A stretch of 64,000 nucleotides of DNA from a bacterium (GCA_030647955.1 JAUSIQ010000038.1:421-64420), one strand, 5' to 3'; counted from the first letter of the stretch, positions 40,001 through 50,400 are shown. Translations and numbers: made by a program. Notes: generated from the letters alone by a model not told the origin.

Positions 40001-40481
40001 GGACGGTACTAAATGTGGCGCATTTGGTAGTAGTGTGAGCAGTTTTGGATCATGCAATACATATCAGACATCGACTTCTCCATATCCAACCACTTCTTAT
40101 ACCTACACTCCCTACCCCACCTGTTCGTCCGGCCAGTGGTGGGATTCATCCACGAGTTCTTGTAAAACCACCACTACCTCCGATACTCCCGCTCCAACCA
40201 CTGATCCAGCTACGAGTTGTGCCTCCACCGGCGGCAGTTGGGATGGTTCAAGCTGTGTTTATCCGACTGCCACCCCAGCCACTCCGGAACCCACTCCGGA
40301 ACCCACTCCTCCAACCTCCGGATTTTCTCCCCAGCACCAGATGGCTATGGCGAATACGATCATGGCTTGTGCTGATTCCGGAGGAACTTGGAATGCGAGT
40401 AATAGCTCCTGCAGTTCGTCCAGTTTTGCGAAGTCATTCTTTGGCAATATCATAAAGATATTCTCACGGTTTTTACAGTAA
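37035..40481 (+). CDS. Large secreted Cys-rich protein with (S/T)PYP(T/S) linkers
   Basis: Signal peptide; many Cys modules; repeated YxPYPT; duplicated YCMSDAD..KCG module. Confidence 0.8.
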   Translation: MKQFNYKKTIGVVAITIGLFASVFLFSPSVLAEETDAAITAALEDLGAAVGQTVSSKDQAVAICDSEKYFEICAKVGREHNLYTSEEVKQVDTFITEIRGALADQLKNCQTTECLLGVANELAKKVSAKDSKLAESFELTATFVAKKQAVISAAKEAGVDYDTCRNMDPDTAEINTLRACARLAKDNRVRDIIPEAARAQAEKYGEYADKSVELRVSLQSGEFQCGDGTLDGCGDFCLNPNATDRAQGASVIPPVCRQIAEKFFGADGVKHLEDSHSQVNQVKDYHKKKADNIIFTTLDGRTLSNPEEIGRYMEEQGRTGNVEAVEKGMDFMISKGFVNPEEKEFVLKYVKQARDQGGNIDFDKCAQDPRSCQQFIPDDQRGEFEAQVQLQESLQQELGFNPRDCRNAVNDQALGQKCWEASKKVLPRIEALSTQASSPELQRFVREIKQNVSRTDDFYQRKEGFQQAFQQQGGPGGCRSEQDCSTYCSDSAHGPECIAFGAKQGVAGFRGEEAVDKYQQYNNTLQRPQYGNQGYPLPLPGVFPGQGNQQGFPGQGYPVQGGFPGGGPAGPSPECFAAIKAGDFAKAKLACESHVANPEPIRSICPALYSVESCPVGEIKVVSYSSPECGVYYSCQKEYRGEVTALPYPSYSPYPTYSYTPYPTGGDGRYCPPPSYWDESIRGCRSGGSYSPYPTSGGSWINKTWKFKDGSSQSSSILSRTDSEYVNYITGIYNDCASKYFSGWKSGSGDQSNWQEFGVPTCSTTPSQQPTYSPWPSSSYSPYPTSTGTGGLYSCFYPNASRSGQPTGYTVWCEKDYFNCHEGSKTGSSISLDGLSLGAPSSCEGGWQTSPYPTTSYTPYPSGTPTSSGSCPSGAHTMYVNGAGGYCMSDADTSKCGPLNSSSTGSFGSCSTYQGSTNTPTNDYGSCGTATSQSSCTAISNCYWYSGTNPYCYYSSTPPASTYTPYPTTSGGSCVSGSHSMGSYCMSDADGTKCGAFGSSVSSFGSCNTYQTSTSPYPTTSYTYTPYPTCSSGQWWDSSTSSCKTTTTSDTPAPTTDPATSCASTGGSWDGSSCVYPTATPATPEPTPEPTPPTSGFSPQHQMAMANTIMACADSGGTWNASNSSCSSSSFAKSFFGNIIKIFSRFLQ

Positions 40482-40492
40482 ACTGCCAAGCT

Positions 40493-40526
40493 AACCTAAA
40501 GCCACCCCGCGGGGTGGTTTTAGGTT
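40493..40526. terminator. Intrinsic terminator
   Basis: aacctaaagccacccc gc ggggtggttttaggtt. Confidence 0.8.
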
Positions 40527-40581
40527 GACAGCTCGTGAGAGTTCTTATTACATTAGTCCAGAGAAAGATCGGAGGTGTTCT

Positions 40582-41202
40582 TTGAAAAACGAATCTTATC
40601 CGTTTATTTTTTTCTGGGAACTTTGTCTGGTTCTATTGGGCTGGTGCTTTCTGAACTTTCGCCTAATGGATTATCTGGTGAAATTTTCAGGATCGTATAT
40701 TCTTGTTTCCGCGCTGCTGTCCTCAAGTATCATTGTCTGGCTCATGAGAAGTAAAGATTATCGTCCGAAGTTATTAGTGCTAGATCGAGAATATCTTCCG
40801 TATCTTGCCATTTGTGTGGTGGTGGCGCTGATTCTTATCCCGACAGGGTTTATGGTGGGAATTATTACTTTGAATCTAAACTGGTTTAGAATTCTAGCTA
40901 TACCGGCGGCGTTCATTGGCGTTTACCTTAGTATTGGACTGGTGGAAGAATTAGTGTTCCGTCAGGTGATGTTGGTGTTTCTTGAACAGCGTTGGGGTGC
41001 GGCTTTGGCCTTGGGAGGTAGCTCTTTGCTTTTTGGGCTTTCCCATATTGTACGCGGCGCCTTTCCCAATTGGTCCTATGTCTTATTAGCAACTTTGGCT
41101 GGCTTACTCTATGGAGCAATTTTCCGACGAGCGGGTTTGGGTTATGCCATCTTGCTGCACTCTATCGTCGATGTTATTAAGTATGCTTTTTTATCCCGTT
41201 AG
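40582..41202 (+). CDS. CPBP (CAAX/Abi) intramembrane metalloprotease
   Basis: EELVFR, FGLSH, H-x3-D motifs; GGAGGT upstream of TTG. Confidence 0.85.
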   Translation: MKNESYPFIFFWELCLVLLGWCFLNFRLMDYLVKFSGSYILVSALLSSSIIVWLMRSKDYRPKLLVLDREYLPYLAICVVVALILIPTGFMVGIITLNLNWFRILAIPAAFIGVYLSIGLVEELVFRQVMLVFLEQRWGAALALGGSSLLFGLSHIVRGAFPNWSYVLLATLAGLLYGAIFRRAGLGYAILLHSIVDVIKYAFLSR

Positions 41203-41280
41203 AGAAAAGTCGCCATTGTTTTTTTAATCCAGTAGGAATATCTTTTAGGTAAGGGTCTTTTAAAATAAGGTAGGTGGGAA

Positions 41281-42330
41281 GTGTTAAAAGCTTTGCGTTT
41301 GGCTGGTAAATTAGGAATAGGGAAGTGGAGTCTATTAGTCACATCCGGAGCCTTGGCAGGTTTAGTGGGATGGTATTGGTGGCAGACGGAAGAGGTGAAC
41401 GATCTCTTACCGATTAAGACTAGTCCACCGCGATTTACGGAACAGCTGCGCAAAAAATTTCCGGAAAATAAGATTACCGTAGAAGAGGAAAAGCAGAAAC
41501 CTGACAGTGGTCATCGTAAGTCTCATTTGAAAATTAAATCATTCTACGGAGATGAGCGGGGCAGTATTGAGGCGATCTGGTGGAATAAGTCCAAGAAGGT
41601 GCGCGATAAGGTGTTGGTGATCTTACCGATTACGGGTGATGGTGACCCGGGAAAATTTATTGCGCGGTATTTTTCGGTGGCCGAAGGATTTGATGTGGTG
41701 CAAATTCTCGGAGCGAGTCGCAAAGGGTTTCTGGATTATCAAGAATTTCAGTCTGCTTCGCACTTATTGCGAGTAAAAAATGTGGTCCGGGATGTGGATT
41801 ACTTTATGCAATTGCGCGTCAGTAACTATTTGCAGACTATTGCTTGGTTAAAAGAAGAAAAAGGCTATCGAGATGTTTATGTGCTTGGGATTAGTCTGGG
41901 AGCAATTGAAGGGAGCTTAGTGGCTTTGGATGTGAATGTTCGGGCGGCCGTGCTGGTGATGGGAGGAGGAGACCTGGCCGAAATCGTCATGACTTCTAAA
42001 GAGTCGTTTGTGATTCGGTGGCGTCTGGCTCTGATCGAAAGTCTCAAGAAAGTTCTGGGGAGACCTTTGCAGAAAGATGAGGCTTTGCAATTTTTGAGGG
42101 ATAATTTTAGCGAAGCCGATCCGTTACGTTATGTGGGCGAAGTTAATCCCAAGAAGATCTTAATGATTTCGGCCAAGTATGATGAAACTATTCCGTGGAA
42201 AAATGGCCTGAAGCTTTGGCGAGAGGCCAATCAGCCTCGACTGATTGTTTTTTCGACCACGCATCACGGGATTGCCACTTACGGTCCGGCCATCCTTTAT
42301 CACGTCGGACGATTCTTTTCAGCGGCTTAG
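41281..42330 (+). CDS. Membrane-anchored alpha/beta hydrolase
   Basis: GISLG nucleophile elbow; DP; D and H near the C-terminus. Confidence 0.8.
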   Translation: MLKALRLAGKLGIGKWSLLVTSGALAGLVGWYWWQTEEVNDLLPIKTSPPRFTEQLRKKFPENKITVEEEKQKPDSGHRKSHLKIKSFYGDERGSIEAIWWNKSKKVRDKVLVILPITGDGDPGKFIARYFSVAEGFDVVQILGASRKGFLDYQEFQSASHLLRVKNVVRDVDYFMQLRVSNYLQTIAWLKEEKGYRDVYVLGISLGAIEGSLVALDVNVRAAVLVMGGGDLAEIVMTSKESFVIRWRLALIESLKKVLGRPLQKDEALQFLRDNFSEADPLRYVGEVNPKKILMISAKYDETIPWKNGLKLWREANQPRLIVFSTTHHGIATYGPAILYHVGRFFSAA

Positions 42331-42372
42331 GCCGCTTTTTGTTTAACTTCGTGCTCAAGGTATAATGAAAGT

Positions 42373-43530
42373 ATGCAAAAGCTGGAATTTCCAAAGGGGT
42401 TTTTATGGGGGAGTGCGACAGCTTCGTATCAGATCGAAGGCTGGATTGATAACAACGATTGGGCCTTGGAGGCAAGGAATGGGCGAGTGCCGGATGCCGG
42501 ACAGGCTACCAATCATCGCCAGCTCTACGAGTCCGATCTTCATCTATTAAGCGAGCTTAAACAAAACGCTTATCGTTTTTCAATCGAGTGGGCGCGCATC
42601 GAACCCGAGGAGGGAAAATTTGATCAGCAGGCCATTGGCTTTTACCGTAATTTAATTGTTCAGCTGAAGAGTAGGGGAATCACTCCCTTTGTGACGCTCT
42701 GGCATTTCACTTTGCCGGAGTGGTTTTATAAAATGGGAGGCTTTCAAAATAAAAAAGCCATTTTTTATTTTTCTCGCTACGTAAAATATGTGTGGGATGA
42801 ATTGGCGGTGCGTGATCCGAGTGATAATAAGGCAGGGGAGAGGGCCGAGTATTGGATGTCGATCAACGAGCCGATGGTTTATGTCGCCGAAGGCTATTTA
42901 GAAGGAACTTGGCCGCCATTTAAGAAAAATATTTTCAATGTTTCGCAACTTACTAAAACTTTAATATCCTCTCACCTGACATTGTGCGACATAAAGCGGA
43001 AAGAATTCCCGAGCATCAAGCTCGGCATTGCTAAGAATAATTGTTATTACCAAGCTAATCCCGTCATGAAGTACTTTCACAATACCTACTTCCTTAATCG
43101 CATCGCTTCTTCCCTCGACTTTATCGGTCTCAATTATTACTTTCCACATCTCTGGCCAAAAAATCCGCATAAAAATGTTTCGGACATGGGTTGGGAGATC
43201 TACCCCGAAGGCATTTATCACGTGCTGAAGGATTTAAAGAGGTATGGGTTGCCGGTTTATATCACCGAAAATGGTTTAGCGGATGCGGATGATTCTCGTC
43301 GAGAGCAATACATTAAGAGGCATCTTCTTTGGGCTCACCGGGCCATGCAAGAAGGCGTTGATCTGCGGGGATATTTCTACTGGTCGCTGCTTGATAACTT
43401 TGAGTGGGTGCACGGATTCAAAGAACGGTTTGGATTAGTGGAGGTGGATTACAAGACTTTTGCCAGAAAAATTCGTCCTTCCGCGCTGGAGTATGCTAAA
43501 ATATGTGAAGAGAATACCTTAACTTTATAG
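42373..43530 (+). CDS. Glycoside hydrolase family 1
   Basis: FPKGFLWGSATASYQIEG, INEP, YITENG, WSLLDNFEW. Confidence 0.95.
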   Translation: MQKLEFPKGFLWGSATASYQIEGWIDNNDWALEARNGRVPDAGQATNHRQLYESDLHLLSELKQNAYRFSIEWARIEPEEGKFDQQAIGFYRNLIVQLKSRGITPFVTLWHFTLPEWFYKMGGFQNKKAIFYFSRYVKYVWDELAVRDPSDNKAGERAEYWMSINEPMVYVAEGYLEGTWPPFKKNIFNVSQLTKTLISSHLTLCDIKRKEFPSIKLGIAKNNCYYQANPVMKYFHNTYFLNRIASSLDFIGLNYYFPHLWPKNPHKNVSDMGWEIYPEGIYHVLKDLKRYGLPVYITENGLADADDSRREQYIKRHLLWAHRAMQEGVDLRGYFYWSLLDNFEWVHGFKERFGLVEVDYKTFARKIRPSALEYAKICEENTLTL

Positions 43531-43557
43531 ACTTTATAACTTGATGAACTTTTAACT
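43521..43557 (-). repeat. Single right arm of the AGTT(C)AT(A/C)A element
   Basis: aactttatagactttataacttgatgaacttttaact; overlaps the GH1 stop. Confidence 0.75.
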
Positions 43558-43564
43558 CGTTCGT

Positions 43565-44452
43565 ATGTCCTGGATCTATTTAGTACTCGTCGCCCAAATC
43601 ATCAATGCCGGCGTTTTTTTGACCGATAAATATCTGGTCGGTCCGCATGCTAAAATTCGTCCCCTGGCCTACACCTTTTACGTGGGGATTATGTCGGCGG
43701 TAGTGGTGTGGACTTTGCCTTTTGGAGTAGTAGGCTGGCCGACGCCGATGATTTTGCTTTTGTCTTTGGCTACCGGCGTGACTTACGTGGCTTCCCTTTT
43801 GCTTTTATATCGCGCATTACAGATGGCGGAGGTTTCGGATGTCGCTCCAGTCATGGGAGCGGTGTCCGCTTTGAGCACGTTGTTTTTTAGCGGGATTATT
43901 CTGCGCGAACATCTTACCGAAAACTTTATGTTTGGTTTTGCTCTTTTGGTGCTAGGCACGGGGCTGATGTCCTATTTTCGATTTAAGAAGCATTCCCTAC
44001 TCAATGTTTTGGGGGCAGGGGCGTTGTTCGGATTATCTTCGGTACTGATCAAGTTAATATTTTCACAAACTGAATTTTGGAATGGTTTTTTCTGGTCGCG
44101 CATGGCCAATGTCTTAATCGTACTGTGTTTTCTGTTATGGCCCGCTTGGTATAAGGCAATTCGGGGAAACTTCAAAAACTCTCCTCATCACACCAAAGTT
44201 CTGGTCGTGGGTAATAAGGTTTTTGCCGGCCTCGCCTTTTTATTGATTCTGGCGGCGATTAATTTGGGGGAGGTGGCGGTGGTCAATGCTTTGGGAGGAT
44301 TGCAGTTTGTAATTTTGATTATCGCCGCTTTAATTTTTCATCGCCAGTTTCCGCTTTATTTTTCTGAATCAGTACATTTGAAAAATGCTTTATTGCAGAA
44401 AGTAGTGGCCACCGCGCTAATTGTTTTTGGCTACTTTATTTTGTTTCTATGA
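43565..44452 (+). CDS. DMT/EamA-like membrane transporter
   Basis: About ten TM segments in two repeats. Confidence 0.7.
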   Translation: MSWIYLVLVAQIINAGVFLTDKYLVGPHAKIRPLAYTFYVGIMSAVVVWTLPFGVVGWPTPMILLLSLATGVTYVASLLLLYRALQMAEVSDVAPVMGAVSALSTLFFSGIILREHLTENFMFGFALLVLGTGLMSYFRFKKHSLLNVLGAGALFGLSSVLIKLIFSQTEFWNGFFWSRMANVLIVLCFLLWPAWYKAIRGNFKNSPHHTKVLVVGNKVFAGLAFLLILAAINLGEVAVVNALGGLQFVILIIAALIFHRQFPLYFSESVHLKNALLQKVVATALIVFGYFILFL

Positions 44453-45447
44453 AGAAGGCCTCCAAAAGATTTCACCCTTGGCTTATTGGTCTACTGATAA
44501 TTATTGTCATTGGTTACGTTTTATCTTTACGAGATATTCCTACAAAGATTACCTATGGCGTATCGTTTAGCAAGTTTCACTCCGATGAATTGCAATTAGA
44601 CTGGAAAGAGGTCTATAACGCCCTACTGAATGATTTGAAGGTTAAACATTTTCGTTTCTCGGCGCATTGGCCGAATACGGAACCGACCGAAGGAGAGTAT
44701 AATTTTTCAGAATTAGATTATCAGATTAAAGGAGCGGAAAAGCGCGGAGCGGATTTTATCCTCGCCGTGGGACGGCGATTGCCCGGTTGGCCGGAATGTC
44801 ACGAACCGGAATGGGCCCAAGACCTGCCTCTCAAGGAGAAGCAAGAGAAGATTTTAAAATACATCGAGACCGTCGTGAATCGATACAAAGATTCACCGTC
44901 GATCGTCTATTGGCAAGTGGAAAATGAACCGTTCCTTGCTTTCTTTAGTCGCTCGCATTGCGGTGCATTAGACAAGGAATTTTTGGACAAAGAAATTGAG
45001 CTGGTCAAAAAACTTGACCCTAGTCGCTCCGTTTTAATTACCGATAGCGGTGAGTTTGGGTACTGGTGGCCGGCTTACCGTCGCGGAGATGTATTTGGAA
45101 CCAGTCTTTATCTTTATATTTGGAACAGGAAAATCGGACCGTTTCGTTATCCGATCACTCCCGCTTTCTTTCGCATCAAGCAAAGCATTACGGAGCTTGT
45201 TTGGGGAAAGAAACAGACGATGATTGTGGAGCTTTCCGCTGAACCGTGGTTGTTGCAACCGATTATCAGTGCCCCGGTACCCACCCTCTTAGAAAGAATG
45301 GGGCCGGAAAAATTTAATGAGATGATCGAGTTTGCCAGTAAGACCGGTTTTGATCGACAGTATCTCTGGGGTGCCGAATGGTGGTATTGGATGAAAAAAA
45401 TCGGCTATCCCGAGCATTGGGAAAGAGCTCAAGAACTCTTCCGCTAA
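44449..45447 (+). CDS. Membrane-anchored clan GH-A glycoside hydrolase
   Basis: W...EP..G.YNF..LD, WPECH.P.W, WQVENEP acid/base, ELSAEPW, LWGAEWW. Confidence 0.8.
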   Translation: MKKASKRFHPWLIGLLIIIVIGYVLSLRDIPTKITYGVSFSKFHSDELQLDWKEVYNALLNDLKVKHFRFSAHWPNTEPTEGEYNFSELDYQIKGAEKRGADFILAVGRRLPGWPECHEPEWAQDLPLKEKQEKILKYIETVVNRYKDSPSIVYWQVENEPFLAFFSRSHCGALDKEFLDKEIELVKKLDPSRSVLITDSGEFGYWWPAYRRGDVFGTSLYLYIWNRKIGPFRYPITPAFFRIKQSITELVWGKKQTMIVELSAEPWLLQPIISAPVPTLLERMGPEKFNEMIEFASKTGFDRQYLWGAEWWYWMKKIGYPEHWERAQELFR

Positions 45448-45494
45448 AGACTTGCTACTTGATATTAGCCACAATTTGGCTAGAATAATCCACG

Positions 45495-46226
45495 ATGAAG
45501 AGATTTCTATACACTTTAATCGTGGGAGGCGTGGGGGGCGCCATTTTTTTGTTTTTAGCCGTCGGGGTACTCTATCGCTCCGATCGACTTGGCTTTGCGA
45601 ACTTGATTGATGCTTGGCTTCCGCCCCGGACGATTATTCGAGAAGTAAAGCAGGAGATCGTGACTTCCCCCGATTCGGATCAAAACATCTCGCAAATTGC
45701 CAAAAAATTTCAAGAAAGTACCGCGATGATTCAAAGTTATCAGGACGGCAAGTTAATACGTTTTGGTAGTGGCTTGGTGATGACCCAAGATGGGTTGATT
45801 ATTACCATAGAAAAAGTAGTGCCAGTGGGAGCGCAAAGCTACCAAGTTTTGGTCAATGGAAAAGTTTTTAATGCCGCAGTGGTTAAAAGGGATGCCAAGA
45901 ATAACTTGGCCTTATTGAAAGTGGATAGTAATGGCCTTAAACCGGCCACCTTTGATGATAAAAATCCTGATCCGGGTGCTACGCTCTATGTTTTTGGTAG
46001 GATCGCTTCGCTGACTGATTCGGAAAATTTTGTCCACAAAGTTTTTGTGAATCGTTTAGCGCAGGAGAAGGTATTTTTGGATGGAAGATACGAAGAATAC
46101 TTAAGCGGGGCAGGTTTGGGCAATCAGAAGGGGACCTTTCATGGTTTGGTATATGTTGACGGGCAGAGAATAATAGCGCTACAATCATCTTTCCTTGAAG
46201 ATTTTACTAATAATTACTTAAAGTAG
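45495..46226 (+). CDS. Trypsin-like (HtrA-type) domain protein, probably catalytically degenerate
   Basis: TM; GSGLV..DGLIIT, NLALLKV; catalytic His absent. Confidence 0.7.
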   Translation: MKRFLYTLIVGGVGGAIFLFLAVGVLYRSDRLGFANLIDAWLPPRTIIREVKQEIVTSPDSDQNISQIAKKFQESTAMIQSYQDGKLIRFGSGLVMTQDGLIITIEKVVPVGAQSYQVLVNGKVFNAAVVKRDAKNNLALLKVDSNGLKPATFDDKNPDPGATLYVFGRIASLTDSENFVHKVFVNRLAQEKVFLDGRYEEYLSGAGLGNQKGTFHGLVYVDGQRIIALQSSFLEDFTNNYLK

Positions 46227-46238
46227 AGGATAACAGTG

Positions 46239-46832
46239 ATGAGAAAGGAATTCTTTTCTGCCCTACATGCTCTAGTTGGTCTGTCTTTTGCATTACAGGA
46301 TCAATACCTGGTTTCTAAACTTAAAACCAAAAGCGAGCAAATCCTGTTCGCTTTTTTGGATCTTGTCCACCCTACCGATGTCGCACAATCTAGAAAAGGA
46401 ACGGTGGAATTGACGCGGTCTTTGACGGAAGTGACTGAACTGATCGATTTAATGGTGCACCTTAAGCTGGTCCCCCTCTCCCCTGCTTTGGACACTAAAA
46501 AACATTTAATGGCTTTGGAGTTAAAAATGTTAAATTCTAATAGCCAACCTGCCAATGTTGAGAAAATTAGTTTTAAAAAGGAGAGTGTCGTGAATACTTC
46601 TCCTGCAAAAACTAAATCTAAGGCGGAAAAAAACGATGCGGAGCCGGAGGAAAGGATTTTAGGGCTCATTAGACAGAGAGGAAAGTGTCAGACGCGGGAA
46701 ATTATCTACGCTTTTAAAAATGAGTTTTCTCCTCGTACAATTCAGCGTTATTTACAGCAACTTATGCAGTCGGGGAAGGTCATTAAAGAGTTAGAAGAGG
46801 GTTATCCGAAATATTCAATCAAGACAATTTAA
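46239..46832 (+). CDS. Helical N-terminal domain plus C-terminal winged HTH protein
   Basis: ILGLIRQRG...FSPRTIQRYLQQL..SG. Confidence 0.7.
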   Translation: MRKEFFSALHALVGLSFALQDQYLVSKLKTKSEQILFAFLDLVHPTDVAQSRKGTVELTRSLTEVTELIDLMVHLKLVPLSPALDTKKHLMALELKMLNSNSQPANVEKISFKKESVVNTSPAKTKSKAEKNDAEPEERILGLIRQRGKCQTREIIYAFKNEFSPRTIQRYLQQLMQSGKVIKELEEGYPKYSIKTI

Positions 46833-46862
46833 AGAAAATCCTTTATACTTAATTCATAATCT

Positions 46863-47420
46863 ATGGCGGAAGAACGAAAAATATTTTGGAAGCATTGGAC
46901 GGGGGTTTTGTTTTTGGCTGTTTTAGCTGGATTAGTAGTTCTTCTGCTTTTGAATCTCGAGTCTGTTGTTGGCGCGGTCCAAGATCGACTGACGGCCTAT
47001 CGTTATCAAAAACAACTAGACGAGCTCGAGAAGCCTTATCGTGAGGATAAATATGGTGGCAAAACTCCCGAAGAAACCTTCGATCTCTTTATCGTTGCTC
47101 TTAAGAAAGAGGATATTGACTTGGCAAGTAAATACTTTACTATTCCAAAGCAGGAGAGCTGGAGGGCGACTTTAGATAAATATAGAACACAGAAGTTACT
47201 TGCAAACTTTACGGCTGAGCTAGAAAAGACAAGCAAAGAATGGGAAAGAGTGGAGATAAGGGATCCGGATGTCGTAGAGTTCAATAGCTATATAACGGTT
47301 GATCAAGCAACCAAGCTTAAATTTAAAGATAAGGAGTTTGATGTTCCAATTGGGAATTATCTTAATACGACTAGATTTGAAAAATATCCGAGTGGTATTT
47401 GGAAGATAAGTCTACTATGA
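46863..47420 (+). CDS. Membrane-anchored hypothetical protein
   Basis: TM; DKYGGKTPEETF..F..ALK..DIDLASKYF; WKI C-terminus; ATGA overlap with the next gene. Confidence 0.75.
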   Translation: MAEERKIFWKHWTGVLFLAVLAGLVVLLLLNLESVVGAVQDRLTAYRYQKQLDELEKPYREDKYGGKTPEETFDLFIVALKKEDIDLASKYFTIPKQESWRATLDKYRTQKLLANFTAELEKTSKEWERVEIRDPDVVEFNSYITVDQATKLKFKDKEFDVPIGNYLNTTRFEKYPSGIWKISLL

Positions 47421-50400
47421 CCAAGACGAAATTTGGATTGGCTGTGGGGGGATTGATCATCCCCCTTTTTCTTGGCCAAAATACATTGGCCTATAATCAA
47501 GAACATACACACCCCGCTCTAACTGATGAAGCGGTAGATTTTTATAATCTCCATTTCCCTCAAAGTAAAATTACGGAAGAAGAAAAGCAGGCTTTGATTA
47601 TGGGTGCGGTGGGTGAAGATGTTGGCGATCGGCCCATTAATCATTTTTATGATCCAGTTCATAACGAAGGCTGGTTTGGCTTTCGCTCCTCCAAAGTTTG
47701 GGCGCAAAGCTCCGCCGCTCAGCAGTATCGAAACAACCTGTACGCGACCAGTGGAATTTTAGCGGGGAGATTGTGCGATAATGACCCCGTGGATTTTTCT
47801 TACGAGCGGGCCTTGCTGGATTATGCCAAAGGAAATCGCCAAAGAGCGTTTGAGGCTTTTGGTCACGTGATGCATCTCTTGGAAGACGCTAATGTGCCGG
47901 AACATACTCGCAATGACACGCACTTGTCTATTAACCACAGCACGGGGAGTCCATATGAAACAGAAATGGCAAAATGGAACCCCATGAATTTTAATGTTGC
48001 CGCGGATTTATATAAAAAGGATCAAAAACCCATTCAATTCAATATCCTTGGGGAGTATTTCGATTCTATTGCTACCTACTCGAATAATTATTTTTTTAGT
48101 CAGGACACGATATATTCGGACAAATATCCTAGACCAGAGGTTGTCGAAATTGATCGAATTTACTTAGGAAATAACAGATGGGTATTTATTGGATTAGGTA
48201 AAAACAAGAATGGAGCTAAGTTAGAATTGGTGTCATTTGGTGGTCAAAAAGTTACTAGGAATTTTATCGAAGCACAAGATGCAACACTGATTAATGAAGG
48301 AATAGGAAGCAGGATTCTCGACGGCTATTGGGAAAGGCTTTCGAAGGATTTCGTTTTGCATGGAGCGGGGGCGATTAAGATGTTTTTAGATCAGGGAGAG
48401 GAGATGAAGCGGCAGTATCAAGCTGAATTAGCTTTAAAACAAAAGCAAAGTGGAGGTAATTTCTTCCAGAGATTATTTGGAAAGATTTTTAGTGGCTCAC
48501 AAGAGAGCGGCATTGCCTTTGTGCAGAAAACTTTAGCGCAGATAGAGTCATCCAGCACCCATCAAGCAGAAGACACTTTAGAAGATAGCGAAAAGGAGGC
48601 GGCCATTGCTTTATTTACTCCCACCCCAGCCCCTACCATTCTTCCTGTCGCTTCGCCACTTGTGGAAACTTTCTCGCCTTCTCCTATACCAACATTCTCT
48701 GCTACCCCCACTCCTTTAGCGACGACTACACCTACACCCCCTTTGTACTTTAGTGGATCAGGTAGTTCTATTGTTACCCCGTCACCAACTCTAACCCCAA
48801 CATTTACGCCCACGCCTACCCCAATAATTTCCACCCCAACTCCTACTCCTTCAGAAGAACCTACTCCCACTCCTACCTCTACTCCCTCGCCTTTTCCGGC
48901 AGTGGTTACTACTCCTACTCCAGATCTTTCTCAAAGAAAGGTGGTAATTAACGAAATTGCCTGGATGGGAACAGAAAGTTCTGCCAATGATGAGTGGATC
49001 GAGTTATACAATGCTACTTCCGGCTCTTTGGATTTGACTGATTGGAGTCTCCATTCTTTGAGTAAAATTTCTTCCGGATCACTTTCTGATCCAAAGATTG
49101 CTTTGAAGGGAACAATCAGGCCATTTGGTTTCTTCTTGCTGGAGCGCACTAATGATCAGACTGTTTCCGATATTGTCTCGGACCAGATTTATACCGGAGC
49201 TCTTGCTAATGATGGAGAAGTCTTAGAGTTAACCGATAATATCGGTCAGCGCCAAGATCTGGTTTCTAAATCCTTGGATGGATGGTATGCGGGGAGAAAT
49301 GAGAATGTAGGCGGATGGCAGAGGTTTAGTATGGAAAGAATTGATCCGGCCAAAAGTGGTGCAGATGTCAGTAGTTGGGGGACTAACAACGGAGTAAAGA
49401 AGAATGGGTTGGATGAAGATAGCCATGTGATCAACGGCACACCTGGTGCTTTGAATAGTTTACGGTTGCGTTCTAAACCGGAGGCGATTACAGATTTAAC
49501 CCTAGTCTCCAGCGACGTAAATTTACTTGAACTTTCCTGGACGGCGCCGTTGTGGAATGGAATAAATTTATTTTACGATGTGCGGTACGCCACTAGAAGT
49601 TTTGATACCCTCGAGGATTGGGATAAAGCTCGTCAGGTGAAAGAAGTCTACCCTGTGGATAATTTTGGACTAAAGATCTCACTCGCCTTCACCGTTTTGG
49701 ATTTTGGCCAGGAATATTTCTTTGCTTTAAAGGTCAAAGACGACGATGGGCAGTATTCTAATTTGTCCAATGTTATTTCCTATTCTATCCCTAGCGCAAA
49801 CTCGACTGAAAGTTGGAGTATGGCAGGCGCTAACTCTTGGCATACGCTGAAATTACCCTTCCCCGGTCCTTTTCGCTCTGACATACTAGAAGAATGGATA
49901 TTTGATGGTGCGACAGGAGGTGCGCCAAGTCAGCCGGTCATCGCGCCAAATGGCGTAGTGTACTTTGGCGTGGCGCACTCGACTGCGCCATATCTCTACG
50001 CCATTGGCGCGGATGGCGCAATGCTTTGGCGCAATGACGCAGTGTCTGGCGCACCAACTACGCCAGTGGCACTCTATGACAATTCTGTCGTATTCGGCCA
50101 CTTCGATTTTGGCACAGAGATTGTCGCACTTGATGCCAGTGGCGCAGTGCGATGGCGCACTGGCGTTGGTGATAGGGTGGATCAAATAACAGCGGATAAG
50201 CATGGCACGGTTTATTTCAGTTCAGAGAATAATAAGCTGACGGCTATGAAGGCAGATGGCACAGTCAAGTGGCAGGCTTCTAATAGCGACATCTTTAATG
50301 TTGCGCCAGTGGTTTTGGATGATGGGAATGTTTATACCACTGGTGTAAATGGCGGAGTGCCAACGTTCTATGCTTTCAGTGGTGACGATGGCGCATTGCT

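Noticed and set aside
39160-40455. 292-aa and 136-aa alternate-frame ORFs inside the Cys-rich gene
   Set aside because: Likely shadows of Ser/Thr/Pro/Cys-biased codons; no start signals or motifs
36558-40526. Similar ccaccc.gcggggtggtttt hairpins at 36558 and 40493 as direct repeats bounding a mobile unit
   Set aside because: Both are adequately explained as terminators; the identity is short and no recombinase is present
48620-48925. DNA tandem repeat in the TPTP region
   Set aside because: Codons vary; this is a protein-level low-complexity linker
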